A program made the position numbers and the translations under genes. A DNA stretch of 64,000 bases from an uncultured Pseudomonadales bacterium. GTDB taxonomy: Bacteria; Patescibacteriota; Microgenomatia; UBA1400; PJMF01. Below the pieces are notes generated by a model. That model worked only from the letters and a program-made list of their open reading frames with translations, had not been told where the DNA came from and did not search any database. Positions 1 through 10,413 of the stretch are shown here, piece by piece; the first letter of the stretch is position 1, and every line of letters starts with the position of its first letter. Location: assembly GCA_964406075.1 (NCBI GenBank), contig CAYOQI010000001.1:133015-197014 (forward strand), given 5' to 3'.

Positions 1-1362
1 CTGGGCGAGCTCAGTGTACCCAGTTTGCCATTCTTCAGCACTTCGTGAAGGATAATGCCCAAAATAATCATGAAAGAAAAAGACCGAGTTCAGAAAAATC
101 AAAAACATTGCAGTCACAGAAATATTTTTTAGTAATTTTGATGTTTTATTCGTAAAGATATTTTGGATGAGGAGAAAGACACCATAACTCGTGAGTATGA
201 TGAGTGGGAAAAGCGAATTCAACGAACGTAAGGCGTGTGGGGTGTTCAGTGGTACAGCTGCTGGCAAAATCCCAATCAGAATCCAAATTGATAAAAAGAA
301 CAGTACTCTTTTGTTCTGTTTAAACAAATGATACAGCGATAAGAAGAAAGGAATGACAAAAGAAAACAGCAACAATCCGGAATTACCTGTTCCGTGTCGA
401 AGATTTATGTCGCCATTTAGAAAAAGAAATGAAGGGCTGATGTGTTCTGTATAATTCTTAAGTAATTGTTTCCCTCTGAGGACCGTACGATGATACATTA
501 CTCGCGAAAGTACTCCATTTCCAGCATCCTGTCTCAAAATATTAGACGTAATAACAAATTCATCATCATTCAGTATTGATGGTGTACTCAATCGAAAATT
601 TTGACTGGCTTGATAATGCGTTGACCATAATAGTGGGAACAAAAGCACGGACCATAATCCAATTGTTAAAATCGGCAAAAACATTTTTTTAAACTCAGTG
701 AAATATTTTTCTTTCTCTTTAAAAAAGTGAAAATCTGAAATCATTAGAGCCATCATTACCACCGGCCAAACAAATCGAACACTGTAGTAGCTATACACTC
801 CGATTGCACCAAACATTGCTACAAGGGGCCACAACCATTTTCTGTCTTTTGCATACAACGCAATGAGTAGTGACACACTTACGAAAAATTGACCTAAAAA
901 ACCTTCAAAACCAACACCTGAAAAATGGAAAAACCAGGGAGTGAGTACAGCTGTGATTACAGTGCTCAACTGTATTAGTTTGGTTTGAAATTCAGAATTG
1001 AGATGAAATAACTTTTTAACGAAAAGCGTAAAAACAATTAACTGCAGAAAACCGATACAAACACTCACTAACCGAAAACTCGATACAGAAACACCGAAAA
1101 ACTGAACCGCTAAAGTTGCGAACCAAATGTATATCGGAAGCTTGTAGTCGCCATAGGAAACGAACATCGGTTGTAACCATGTCGTCCCGAACATATCTTT
1201 TCCCGTTTCAGCAACACTTTTCGCATCAACCAACATCGCCACTTCATCCCAATACAGTGAAACAGGCACCGAACCTAATTGCCAAAACTTCAGCACGAGA
1301 TAGAACAAAAATATTCCAATGAAAGTAAAGTGCCAGCAGTATTTTTTTATAAACAAAATCAT
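1..1362 (-). CDS. GT-C fold membrane glycosyltransferase (ArnT/PMT-like), paralog 1 of 4; 3' end cut by window edge
   Basis: Absent from the ORF track because it runs off the window. My minus-strand translation from ATG at 1362 stays open for 454 codons, exactly to base 1: MILFIKKYCWHFTFIGIFLFYLVLKFWQLGSVPVSLYWDEVAMLVDAKSVAETGKDMFG... It ends ...HYPSRSAEEWQTGYTELAQ. The first-loop YWDE..D....G.D motif and the EWQxGY motif match the next paralogs. The start lies 2 nt after the upstream stop. Confidence 0.75.
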   Translation of the reverse strand, partial: MILFIKKYCWHFTFIGIFLFYLVLKFWQLGSVPVSLYWDEVAMLVDAKSVAETGKDMFGTTWLQPMFVSYGDYKLPIYIWFATLAVQFFGVSVSSFRLVSVCIGFLQLIVFTLFVKKLFHLNSEFQTKLIQLSTVITAVLTPWFFHFSGVGFEGFLGQFFVSVSLLIALYAKDRKWLWPLVAMFGAIGVYSYYSVRFVWPVVMMALMISDFHFFKEKEKYFTEFKKMFLPILTIGLWSVLLFPLLWSTHYQASQNFRLSTPSILNDDEFVITSNILRQDAGNGVLSRVMYHRTVLRGKQLLKNYTEHISPSFLFLNGDINLRHGTGNSGLLLFSFVIPFFLSLYHLFKQNKRVLFFLSIWILIGILPAAVPLNTPHALRSLNSLFPLIILTSYGVFLLIQNIFTNKTSKLLKNISVTAMFLIFLNSVFFFHDYFGHYPSRSAEEWQTGYTELAQ

Positions 1363-1363
1363 A

Positions 1364-3052
1364 TTATCTACGATAAATTACCCAAACTGTTTTCCCCGCT
1401 AAATCTTTCACCTCACTCACCTTTTCTCCACCAACTTCTTCATATTTTTGCAAAGTGCTAGCGAACAAGCCTGTTTCAAAACTTGATATAACATCAACAA
1501 AACGTATATTCTGAAATGCCAAATACTCACCTTGATCCTGAGCAACTAACTGGTCTTCTGCTTGAACTAACCGAGGATCAGCTTGTGTGTAGAACCAATA
1601 ATACATTGCGGGTCGACCATATTCTCTAGTGATAAATACTGGTTCACCGACGCGTTTGGTTTGATTGAGTTGCGTAATCATTTCTTCATAGCCATACTGC
1701 CACTCTGAAGAATACTGAACTGGGTACACTCTTAAGTAATGAAAAAGAAACAGAAAAGCTTCGAGCGTTACAAATATCATAAAAACTCCGACCAGCCAAC
1801 GAAACTTAGAAGGAAGATTGTAGTAACCAGCAGCTACCCCAATTCCAATTACGATAAAAAATAATGGTGATACAGCTAAAATACGTAAGGAATGTGGCAC
1901 AACAGTTGTTAATGATGCTGGCAAAATTGCAGCTATCGTCCAACCAATTAAAAGCAAGATAATTCGTTTTTTTCTTTGCTTAAATAAAATATAGATACCA
2001 TATATCAATGGGAAAAAACTCAGATGCAATAAATGGCCAAAGTACTGAGTTGAGTGTCTTGGATTCACATCACCATGTAGAAATAAAAATCCCAAATCAA
2101 AATGGCTGACGGCATTATTCATGATTTGCTGTAAGAACAACAAATATCGATGGTGAATAATTCGCGCTACGATTCCTCCTCCATCTTCTTGAATCCTCTG
2201 ATTACTTTCTTCAATTACTGAAATGTCAGAAAAAATACTCGTTTCATTGAATCGTTGAGACAATTCATTTGAGCCTAAAGCGAACAGAAAAGGTGAAAGT
2301 AAGATCAAACCGATGAATAATAAAATAAGAATTTGTTTCAAATTCTTTTTCCACTTTATTAAGTAAGGAAAAACAAAAAGCACACCGAGCAACGGAGCTG
2401 TTAACCTACTTCCATGATAGGCATACATCGAAAGACAGAAGAATACCGTTGCAAAGACGAATACTCGAAATGAGACTGAAGTAAATTGCAGTTTAAATTC
2501 ATTCCCTGTCGAAAGCCTCCAACTTTTAAAACCTAACCATACTCCTGTTAGAACTAAAACTGTTGCTAGATTTGACTCCCAGCCACCTCGAGAAAATATA
2601 ATACCCCATGGTGATACTGCTGCAAAAAACATGACAACGCATTGAAGAAGTAATAATTGTTTCTTTTTCCAATCTGGAAATAATTCTTCTGCGAAAGCGT
2701 GCGCTAATTTTCCACTGATCCACACAATGAGCGTACCAAATATGACTGAGGGTAAACGCACCGCTAAAACATTTAACCCAAATAGTGCTATGAACGGGAC
2801 AATTGAATAGAAATACAAACTCGGTTTAAAGTCACCAAACGACTCAAAGGCAATCAGCGGAAGAAAATTTCCATGATGATCTCTACCTGTTTGTAAAATT
2901 GAATATGCGTCATATCCTAGCGCTACTTCTTCCCAGTATGGCGAGGGTGGAACAGAAGTGATCCACACAAATCGAATCAAAAACGCTACAGCAATAATTA
3001 CTAAGGGGATAATTTTAGAATTACTTAATAACGTTGACTTTAAATTACTCAT
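1364..3052 (-). CDS. GT-C fold membrane glycosyltransferase (ArnT/PMT, GT39/83-like), paralog 2
   Basis: 562 aa and polytopic. First-loop motif PYWEEVALGYDAYSILQTGRDHHG, then AVRLPSVIFG. C-terminal soluble domain carries SSEWQYGYEEM and YGRPAMYYWFY. Confidence 0.85.
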   Translation of the reverse strand: MSNLKSTLLSNSKIIPLVIIAVAFLIRFVWITSVPPSPYWEEVALGYDAYSILQTGRDHHGNFLPLIAFESFGDFKPSLYFYSIVPFIALFGLNVLAVRLPSVIFGTLIVWISGKLAHAFAEELFPDWKKKQLLLLQCVVMFFAAVSPWGIIFSRGGWESNLATVLVLTGVWLGFKSWRLSTGNEFKLQFTSVSFRVFVFATVFFCLSMYAYHGSRLTAPLLGVLFVFPYLIKWKKNLKQILILLFIGLILLSPFLFALGSNELSQRFNETSIFSDISVIEESNQRIQEDGGGIVARIIHHRYLLFLQQIMNNAVSHFDLGFLFLHGDVNPRHSTQYFGHLLHLSFFPLIYGIYILFKQRKKRIILLLIGWTIAAILPASLTTVVPHSLRILAVSPLFFIVIGIGVAAGYYNLPSKFRWLVGVFMIFVTLEAFLFLFHYLRVYPVQYSSEWQYGYEEMITQLNQTKRVGEPVFITREYGRPAMYYWFYTQADPRLVQAEDQLVAQDQGEYLAFQNIRFVDVISSFETGLFASTLQKYEEVGGEKVSEVKDLAGKTVWVIYRR

Positions 3053-4731
3053 CTGTACTCCATGATTAAATATGAAGTGAGAGAATTTGGACGAGAAATT
3101 TCTTGTACTACTTTGTATCGGGGATTATCAAATTTATCTCCAGGTACTTCTTTTGGTTGAACTACTAATAAAACAGGTTCTTGAGCCTTTTCTATATCTG
3201 ACCATACAATTCTTCCAAAATGGGTTTTCCCCAATTGTTGGACATGTTCAAATCCTTCTTCAGTCGGTGGATAATGAATAAATTCCTCACCATCTTTAAT
3301 AATTCTATCGGGCGAAAAGAATAAAAAGTATACATACGGAGAGCTACTTTCTCCTTGCATCAGCACTTTGGGAAATGCCTCAGATCTATTGTAGACAGCC
3401 TGAACTAAATCGTCACTAAACCATGGCCATCGATCAGCATTCAATGCAGGAAACAGAATGAAGTATGCGACAAATAAATGGAAAATACTAAAAATGAAAA
3501 CAAGAATTAAAAAAGGCTGAACTTTTTTCAAGTACGATCCAATGAGCCCAATTCCATATGAACTCATGATTTCTAATCCAAGAATTGCTGGAAAAAACCG
3601 AATACTGTGATTCGGTTCAATCGTCAGCAACGGTGCTACAGATGCGAGCACAATCCAACCTAATATCCATCGTTGCCAGATTCTCTTTTTCTTTAGGAAA
3701 TAGAGCAAACTGATCGCTAATGTCAAAACTGCATACCAATGCATGTTTCCCACGCCAGGAATATTATGCGATCCATGGCTTCCTCCTCGTAAAAAGAGAA
3801 AGTCAGGATTCATCATTGAAAACATACCTCGAATAAATGTTTGGGATAACAACACCGGTCGACTACTGTAAAAAGGTTGCAAAAAACTCAAACCTTTTGG
3901 AGACAGGACTCCATTTACTTCAGCTTGTTGTGATTGAAGCCGTTCTTCGGAAAAAATTGAAATACCTGAGTACTTTGTTTGATTATTTTCTATTGCCTTG
4001 TCAACAAAAAGAAAAAGTATTGGGAGTAAGAAGACGATGACTGAAAATGCGGAAATCAGCCTGTATTTTCCAATGAACGACTTCACTTCAGTTCTGAGTA
4101 TCCAAGCCGTCCAAGCTATGATGAGAGGCGTAAATAGCTGAAATGCATGATACCCAATCATCGTCAGTCCGAAACACACTCCTGATAAAATCACGAGCCA
4201 AGGTTTTTTATTTACTGTTGAGGCGAGCCAAAAAGTGACACCTGCCATACAAAAAGCCATCGCAACGTTTGCTTCATATGCTATTCGTGACAAATGAACC
4301 GACCAAGGTGAGATTGCTAAAGAAAATGCCACGAGTAGTGGTAACCAATACGGCGCATCCCATTTTTTAACAAGTAATCGAGTGAGGAAATAACCAATGA
4401 TGGTAATTAAAACACCAGCCAGAGCAGATAAGATTCTAATCGAAAAAGGATTTAGGCCGAAAACTGAAATAAATGGAATACTTAAATAGACATATAAGGG
4501 TAATTTCCAGTCACCAAAAGACTTGATGTTTACTGGCCACTTTTGTCCATATTCATCCGCTCCAGTTTGGAGCAGTGAGTAGGCTGTATACCCGAGCGAT
4601 GCTTCATCTCTATTTATTCCATCAGGTATCTCTCCAAGTTTCCAAAAACGCAAAAAGATAGCGATCACAATAATTCCTACAAAAAAAAGAGTTTGATACG
4701 AACGCAATACTTTATTCAATGAAATATTCAT
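3049..4731 (-). CDS. GT-C fold membrane glycosyltransferase (ArnT/PMT-like), paralog 3
   Basis: 560 aa and polytopic. Motifs INRDEASLGYTAYSLLQTGADEYG and IRILSALAG. 4-nt overlap with the downstream gene. Confidence 0.85.
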   Translation of the reverse strand: MNISLNKVLRSYQTLFFVGIIVIAIFLRFWKLGEIPDGINRDEASLGYTAYSLLQTGADEYGQKWPVNIKSFGDWKLPLYVYLSIPFISVFGLNPFSIRILSALAGVLITIIGYFLTRLLVKKWDAPYWLPLLVAFSLAISPWSVHLSRIAYEANVAMAFCMAGVTFWLASTVNKKPWLVILSGVCFGLTMIGYHAFQLFTPLIIAWTAWILRTEVKSFIGKYRLISAFSVIVFLLPILFLFVDKAIENNQTKYSGISIFSEERLQSQQAEVNGVLSPKGLSFLQPFYSSRPVLLSQTFIRGMFSMMNPDFLFLRGGSHGSHNIPGVGNMHWYAVLTLAISLLYFLKKKRIWQRWILGWIVLASVAPLLTIEPNHSIRFFPAILGLEIMSSYGIGLIGSYLKKVQPFLILVFIFSIFHLFVAYFILFPALNADRWPWFSDDLVQAVYNRSEAFPKVLMQGESSSPYVYFLFFSPDRIIKDGEEFIHYPPTEEGFEHVQQLGKTHFGRIVWSDIEKAQEPVLLVVQPKEVPGDKFDNPRYKVVQEISRPNSLTSYLIMEYR

Positions 4732-4738
4732 ACAGAAG

Positions 4739-6454
4739 TTATTCAGTAGTTTTCTTTAACACAAATCTGACTGATCCATCAGGGGCGAGAATTAAGGAAT
4801 CTCCCAAAGCTGGATCAATTTGATCTGGATCAGCAACAATAATTGTATTTTTTCTCAGCAAATCACCTGAGTTTATTTTATCAGTAAACTCATACTTAAT
4901 TAATGAGCCTCCTTGATACCAAATTGGATTCGTTTGTCGAAAGAAAAGTGCATAGATGTATGGCTGGCCGTACTTGCTAGTAAAAAGAATTTTCTCAACT
5001 GAATCTTCTTGAGGGATAACATATTTAAAAGCCTCTTCATAACCATACTGAAAAGAATCAGCGGATGTCACGGCATACACTGTTCTATAGTCTTTCCAAT
5101 AACTCAAAAACACAAACACATGAATCAAAAAGAGCGTACCAACAAATGATTTAAGAATCAGCAGTTTATCGGTATCCTTAATATTCTGGCGTCCAACCCA
5201 TGAAGAAAAAACAATATTTTTAAGAATCAAACTCCAGATATGGAGAATGAAAAATATTCCAAGCGAAGAGAGAATAATAAAACCTGGATATGAGAGTAAT
5301 GCTCGATTTGAATGAGGTATCTCCAAACCAATCGCAGCCGGAACCAAGCCACTCACAATCCAACCAAGTCCAAATAAAAAGACCCGAACGACTTCTTTTA
5401 TCTGTTTGCTGTGAATTGATTTTCGACATAAATAAAGTAATCCCAAGCCCATGGCAATAATCAAAATCCACTCTGAAACAAACAGGACTCCCCATTTTCC
5501 ATCCCCGTGTCTCAATGTGGTTGTTTGACCAAGTAAAAGAAATTTAATTGATGAATGGGCAAGTAAGTTTTCAGCAATGACAAACGGCAGTAAAACTGGC
5601 GGGTATTCTGAAAACAGCGAGGTTTGATTAAAACGCTCTGCACCTTTTGCATAGATCATGTCTTGAATCAATGGAAAACTGACGAGAACAAATGAAGCAC
5701 ATAAAATGACGAAAGCGATGATTCTCTTCCTCAGTCGTACTCTACTGGTTAAAAACATCACGCCATAGAGCAAAGGCACAGCTATTTTCGCACTGTGATA
5801 GGTATACGCGGCAAATGATCCACTCATTCCAGCAAGAATCAACAATCCAATTGAAAATATCGGCTTTTCTCGAATTTCTTTTCGTTGCGAAACAAACCAG
5901 GCGTACACAGAAAATACAGTAAATGCTAAAGCCATGCCTGATTCAAATCCAGCTCGAGAAAAATGAATATGCCAAGGTGAAGTAGCAATCATTACGCCTG
6001 CCATCAAAGCAATAACTTCGGCGATTGTAAACTTCTTGATTTCAGGAATCTCAATTCTGTGAGGAATTTTTCGGAATACTTCATATACCACGAGCATGAC
6101 AACCATGACTGTAAAAATTCCAGCCAACGCAAAAGGTAATCTCACCACCCACACATGCATCCCTAATACAGCTGTGAAAACTCCATTTATGTATATCGCT
6201 AGAGGTGCTTTAAAATCTCCAAACGATTTAAAAGATACAGGTAATCGAATCAACCACTCATCCCTGCGAGTTTCCCAAATCGCTGACCCATTGTACCCAA
6301 TCGCAGCTTCATCCCATGAGAATCCTGCTGGGATTTCACCTAATTTATATAATCGGAATAAAGCAGCGAAAACGATAACGAGAACGAACAAAAGGTAAAA
6401 GGTTTGTTTTTGCCAAAAAATTGTACGCCAGTGAGAGAAGTAATCTCGCATCAA
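4739..6454 (-). CDS. GT-C fold membrane glycosyltransferase (ArnT/PMT-like), paralog 4
   Basis: 571 aa and polytopic. Motifs FSWDEAAIGYNGSAIWETRRDEW and VVRLPFALAG. C-terminal ADSFQYGYEEAF and YGQPYIYALFF match paralog 2. Confidence 0.85.
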   Translation of the reverse strand: MMRDYFSHWRTIFWQKQTFYLLFVLVIVFAALFRLYKLGEIPAGFSWDEAAIGYNGSAIWETRRDEWLIRLPVSFKSFGDFKAPLAIYINGVFTAVLGMHVWVVRLPFALAGIFTVMVVMLVVYEVFRKIPHRIEIPEIKKFTIAEVIALMAGVMIATSPWHIHFSRAGFESGMALAFTVFSVYAWFVSQRKEIREKPIFSIGLLILAGMSGSFAAYTYHSAKIAVPLLYGVMFLTSRVRLRKRIIAFVILCASFVLVSFPLIQDMIYAKGAERFNQTSLFSEYPPVLLPFVIAENLLAHSSIKFLLLGQTTTLRHGDGKWGVLFVSEWILIIAMGLGLLYLCRKSIHSKQIKEVVRVFLFGLGWIVSGLVPAAIGLEIPHSNRALLSYPGFIILSSLGIFFILHIWSLILKNIVFSSWVGRQNIKDTDKLLILKSFVGTLFLIHVFVFLSYWKDYRTVYAVTSADSFQYGYEEAFKYVIPQEDSVEKILFTSKYGQPYIYALFFRQTNPIWYQGGSLIKYEFTDKINSGDLLRKNTIIVADPDQIDPALGDSLILAPDGSVRFVLKKTTE

Positions 6455-6487
6455 TTTATGATATCACTGATATAGTCCAAGATGTAT

Positions 6488-8578
6488 CTATTGCCACCGA
6501 CTCCGCAAGTAACTAAACATTCCTTTAATAAAAAGACCATTCGATCGATAATTCGTCAGTGTTAAATGATACGGCAACCAAAAAACAAATAAGGCTTTTT
6601 GAAGTACTGAGGAGTTTTTTTTGACAAAGACAAAACTATTTTTTATTGACATTACTTTCATGGCTTGGTCACCAAAAGCATTTTTGTGCGTTGTTTCATG
6701 ATGATGAAACACCTTCGCGTCTGCATCGTATAAAATGGCCCATCCTTTTTTTCTAGCCCGAGCACTTAAATCAATATCTTCCCAATACGCCGGGTAATAC
6801 TCTTTATCAAATCCATTTAACTCTTTCCATTTATCTCGATGAATAAGTGCTGATCCACCACTGAGCCAGGCTGTTTGTCCAGTACTCATTCGTTTTGCTT
6901 TTGAATGAATGAATAATCCCCGTTCAAACCAAAGCTCATTTTTCCCGGCTACTATTTTTCCATCATGCATTTCAGCTGGTGAAACACCAAAAACTTGGTC
7001 TGGGGATGGATATAGCGAACGCTTTTTCCCAGCTCTATTTGGATGAGCCGTAAAATATGACAGCAAATAATCTAATACATCTTTTTGTGGAGAAACATCA
7101 TTATTCAATAGAAAAATTAAATCATGATGTGCATGCAAAACACCTTTATTCGATGACATCCCAAATCGCAGATTCTTTTTATTGATAATCAACTTTACGA
7201 TCAGTTTTTTCCTCGCCTTTATTTTTTCACCGATATACATATCATCATCAAATGCCGCTCGATCTGTTACTTCTTTTAATCCATACTCACTTTTTAGCCA
7301 CGAAAACGTTTCATCGGAACTTGCATCATCAACAATCACAATCTCATCTTGATCTCGTAAACATGCCTCAACTGCTGGTAAATGTTTTTTCAGTAACTCG
7401 AGTCCGTTGTAGGTGGGGATGACTGCTGACACTCCACTAGGCTGGATAGAAATGGCATGTGGTTCAGGTAGATGAAAAAGTGTAAAAACTTCAGACACAA
7501 AATGGACTTGATCAAAATGCTCCGCTCTTTCTCGAGCGTGAATTGAAAGTTCAACGGTATCAATTTCTTCGGTAATAATAGCCAGTGTTTTTTCAGTCAA
7601 CGCCTCCATGGTATTCCAAAGAAAACCATTCAACCCATGTTCCACAATTTCTTTTTGTCCGCCTTTATTGATAACCACTGGAATACAACCCGCCGCCATC
7701 GCTTCCACAGTGGAGATGCCAAAGTGTTCTACTTTTTCAGGTTCAATGTACTCATCGACTTCATACCCAGTTGCATGCCAAAAAATTTTTGACTTTCGTA
7801 AATATTTATGTACTTCATCGTATGTGGCATCATGTAAAAACTCGATGGCATAGCCTTGAGCTTGTTCTTTTAACACCGAAACATATTCACTATCCTCATC
7901 TTTTCCAATTAAAACCAGTTTCCACCCTTTCATTTCATTGGGATTACTTTTCACTAAATTTTTGAATGCTTGAATGAGGACGTCCTGTCTTTTGGTGTGA
8001 AGTTGCTTAAAAAATCTACCAATACTGAGAATAACTTTTTCTTTCTTTCCCGGTTGAATTTCATGTAGATCTACACAAGGATATAACACTGTTTCTACTC
8101 TCTTTTGCCATTTTCGCTCTATAACTTGTTTCGTGAAAATTGAATTAGCGTTGATGCTCCAACCCGAGAGTTTCAAACGATTGAATATGCTCGACTGGGT
8201 ATTCGTAAATGGAATTTGAACATGCAAAATATTTTGATGAGCCAGAGAAAAGAAAAGACTGCCATCAGTAACAGCGAACAGTGTGTGAAATTGCTTCGTC
8301 CAAAGAACTTTTTTGAAAAAAGAAGCGTCAGTACCTAAAGGAGTATGTTGAAAATCAACCCAGGAAAGATCGAGATTAAAGTGTTCTGAATATGATTCTC
8401 GAATCGTATTGATGGCTTCTTCATCAAGCTCCTCTTTTCCGGAAATCGCTATAACCACCCGATAAAAGCGAGACAGGATGGATGCAATCGTGAGAATATG
8501 ACGTTCACCACCGCCAAAATGTTTTGGAATATAGGGTGAATAAAAACAGATACTAATACTTTGCGAAGAGTTTTTCAT
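6488..8578 (-). CDS. Bifunctional glycosyltransferase (N-terminal GT4/group-1 domain fused to C-terminal GT2 domain)
   Basis: 696 aa. GT4 E-x7-E block EHFGISTVEAMAAGCIPVV. GT2 blocks VSAVIPTYNG...VIVDDASSDET, LLNNDV and YWEDIDLSARARKKGW. Confidence 0.85.
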   Translation of the reverse strand: MKNSSQSISICFYSPYIPKHFGGGERHILTIASILSRFYRVVIAISGKEELDEEAINTIRESYSEHFNLDLSWVDFQHTPLGTDASFFKKVLWTKQFHTLFAVTDGSLFFSLAHQNILHVQIPFTNTQSSIFNRLKLSGWSINANSIFTKQVIERKWQKRVETVLYPCVDLHEIQPGKKEKVILSIGRFFKQLHTKRQDVLIQAFKNLVKSNPNEMKGWKLVLIGKDEDSEYVSVLKEQAQGYAIEFLHDATYDEVHKYLRKSKIFWHATGYEVDEYIEPEKVEHFGISTVEAMAAGCIPVVINKGGQKEIVEHGLNGFLWNTMEALTEKTLAIITEEIDTVELSIHARERAEHFDQVHFVSEVFTLFHLPEPHAISIQPSGVSAVIPTYNGLELLKKHLPAVEACLRDQDEIVIVDDASSDETFSWLKSEYGLKEVTDRAAFDDDMYIGEKIKARKKLIVKLIINKKNLRFGMSSNKGVLHAHHDLIFLLNNDVSPQKDVLDYLLSYFTAHPNRAGKKRSLYPSPDQVFGVSPAEMHDGKIVAGKNELWFERGLFIHSKAKRMSTGQTAWLSGGSALIHRDKWKELNGFDKEYYPAYWEDIDLSARARKKGWAILYDADAKVFHHHETTHKNAFGDQAMKVMSIKNSFVFVKKNSSVLQKALFVFWLPYHLTLTNYRSNGLFIKGMFSYLRSRWQ

Positions 8579-8650
8579 CAGACTTCATAGTAACTCAAAA
8601 AGTTATTTGTTTTAAGATAAAGAAGACGTTTGCTCGAAGTTCAGAAGCGA

Positions 8651-9511
8651 CTATGAATGTGTTACGACTTGATGTTTGGTAGTCCGAACATGCTCAGTTT
8701 TTCCCCACTGCTCGATGATTGCTTTATCAATTTTTTGATATGTTTCCTGAAGACTAGGCTGTCTTTGAAGTTCCCATAGTCTTTCGTACACAATAAATCT
8801 GTTCATGGCTTGAGTAAACGCTTCAATCCATCCTTCAATTCCGTCTTTTCGGCCTCTTTTGAAGAAGGCTCTCCGCAAAAATTCCATGACCGTCTTTCGA
8901 AGTAATGTCCTTGGTTTGACCGGAGGATGTTTGGAGTTAAAAAGTAATTCCGCTTCTTTTCCGGTCCAATCAATGGTTTTTAATAAACCATCAACCATAT
9001 TTCGGTGAGTAAGGTGAACCAATGATTCCTTCATGTCACCCATTTGTTGGGAAGAAGTTTGCGGTGATTCATGTATTTGACCAGTCCACCGTTGAAGCAC
9101 ATCTTTTAAGAAAAGACGTTCTACCCAATCATTTTCCCATCCGCCATGCTCCATCCATTTCCCATACTGAATATTATTTCTTCGAAAACGAAAAGAGGTG
9201 AATTGATTTTTGATAATAGCCGATTGAATTTCTCGGGCTAGTTTTGGGGTGACTCGCTCATCTGCATCGATATACAATACCCATTTCCCTTGTGCTCTAG
9301 ATAAACCGAGATTTCTTTTTTCAGCAAAAGATTCTGTCTCACTTTTAATCACTATTGCTCCAAACCGTCGAGCTAAATCTGGAGTCGAGTCTTGAGAATT
9401 GTCATCAACCACAATAACTTCATCGCACCACTGCAAAGTCTCTAAGCAGTTTGCAATCATCAATTCTTCATTCTTTGTTATGACAATAGCGGTAATTAAT
9501 ATTTCAGACAT
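8651..9511 (-). CDS. GT2 family glycosyltransferase
   Basis: ITAIVITKNEE...VIVVDDNSQDST...YIDADERV. Paralog of 11309-12214; both share the GKWMEHGGW block. Confidence 0.8.
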   Translation of the reverse strand: MSEILITAIVITKNEELMIANCLETLQWCDEVIVVDDNSQDSTPDLARRFGAIVIKSETESFAEKRNLGLSRAQGKWVLYIDADERVTPKLAREIQSAIIKNQFTSFRFRRNNIQYGKWMEHGGWENDWVERLFLKDVLQRWTGQIHESPQTSSQQMGDMKESLVHLTHRNMVDGLLKTIDWTGKEAELLFNSKHPPVKPRTLLRKTVMEFLRRAFFKRGRKDGIEGWIEAFTQAMNRFIVYERLWELQRQPSLQETYQKIDKAIIEQWGKTEHVRTTKHQVVTHS

Positions 9512-10404
9512 TAACGTAATTGTAACACTCTCTTGGTCAAATACTCTTTAAGAACAGCCCGTTTTGTTCGTAATGGAGCGTACCTCATCGCGAACTGCAA
9601 ACGATTGCGTTCCTGATACTTTGTATGCAGGTCTGATCCGGATCCACCACTAGATCCCGCATTTTTATGCCAAATTTTTGAATCAGGACAAAAATACAAT
9701 TCATATCCAGCCTGTTTGATCCGATAACTGAGCTCGACATCTTCCCAATACAAAAAGTATGAATCGTTAAACATTCCGACTTCTTGAATTACCCGAGCAG
9801 GAATCAACATGCAACAACCGGTCGCAAAATCCATGGTTTCGTAATTAATATTTGGTAACTCATTTTTACTTTTTAAATTTTTTGTTTTAATTTTAAACTG
9901 TCCTCGATCCACTTCATCAACGCCTCGATGAAAAGCATACATATTTTTCCAGTCGATACTTCCCCCAGCAAACCAGACAACATTCCCTTTTTCTTTTTCT
10001 GAATACTCTTTCGAGTGAAATTCATATCCTGATGCAAAATAGATCATTGGACAAATCACACCAACATCTTTTTTCTTTTGAGCAAAAACAACTAAATTCT
10101 GAAGAAATTCAGGATCCACCAGCGTGTCATTATTTAATAATAAAAAATAATCAGGGCTGAAGGTTTCGGTAGCATGCCGAATCCCAAAGTTATTTGCACC
10201 GGTAAATCCAAGATTTTTTGATGAGTGAAGATTTTCAATGTGAAATTTTTCAGAGGTGTAATTCTGTTTTTGTTCAGATCCGGTACTTACTACCACAATT
10301 TGAAGATTCTCCTTAGAAAATTTCAATTTTTCTAATGAACGCAAAAGCTCCTGAGTGTGGTCAGGTGTTCTATATTCAACGGTGATGAGTGAAATTTTTG
10401 ACAT
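9511..10404 (-). CDS. GT2 family glycosyltransferase (rhamnosyltransferase-like)
   Basis: LLLNNDTLV and YWEDVELSYRIKQAGY blocks. 1-nt start/stop overlap with the neighbour. Confidence 0.75.
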   Translation of the reverse strand: MSKISLITVEYRTPDHTQELLRSLEKLKFSKENLQIVVVSTGSEQKQNYTSEKFHIENLHSSKNLGFTGANNFGIRHATETFSPDYFLLLNNDTLVDPEFLQNLVVFAQKKKDVGVICPMIYFASGYEFHSKEYSEKEKGNVVWFAGGSIDWKNMYAFHRGVDEVDRGQFKIKTKNLKSKNELPNINYETMDFATGCCMLIPARVIQEVGMFNDSYFLYWEDVELSYRIKQAGYELYFCPDSKIWHKNAGSSGGSGSDLHTKYQERNRLQFAMRYAPLRTKRAVLKEYLTKRVLQLR

Positions 10405-10413
10405 CTGATTGAA

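Noticed and set aside
1116-1461. Two short + strand ORFs (1116-1322 and 1279-1461) at the left end.
   Set aside because: They are antisense shadows of the hand-translated minus-strand GT-C gene (1-1362) and of gene 1364-3052. Their composition is low-complexity and they have no SD.
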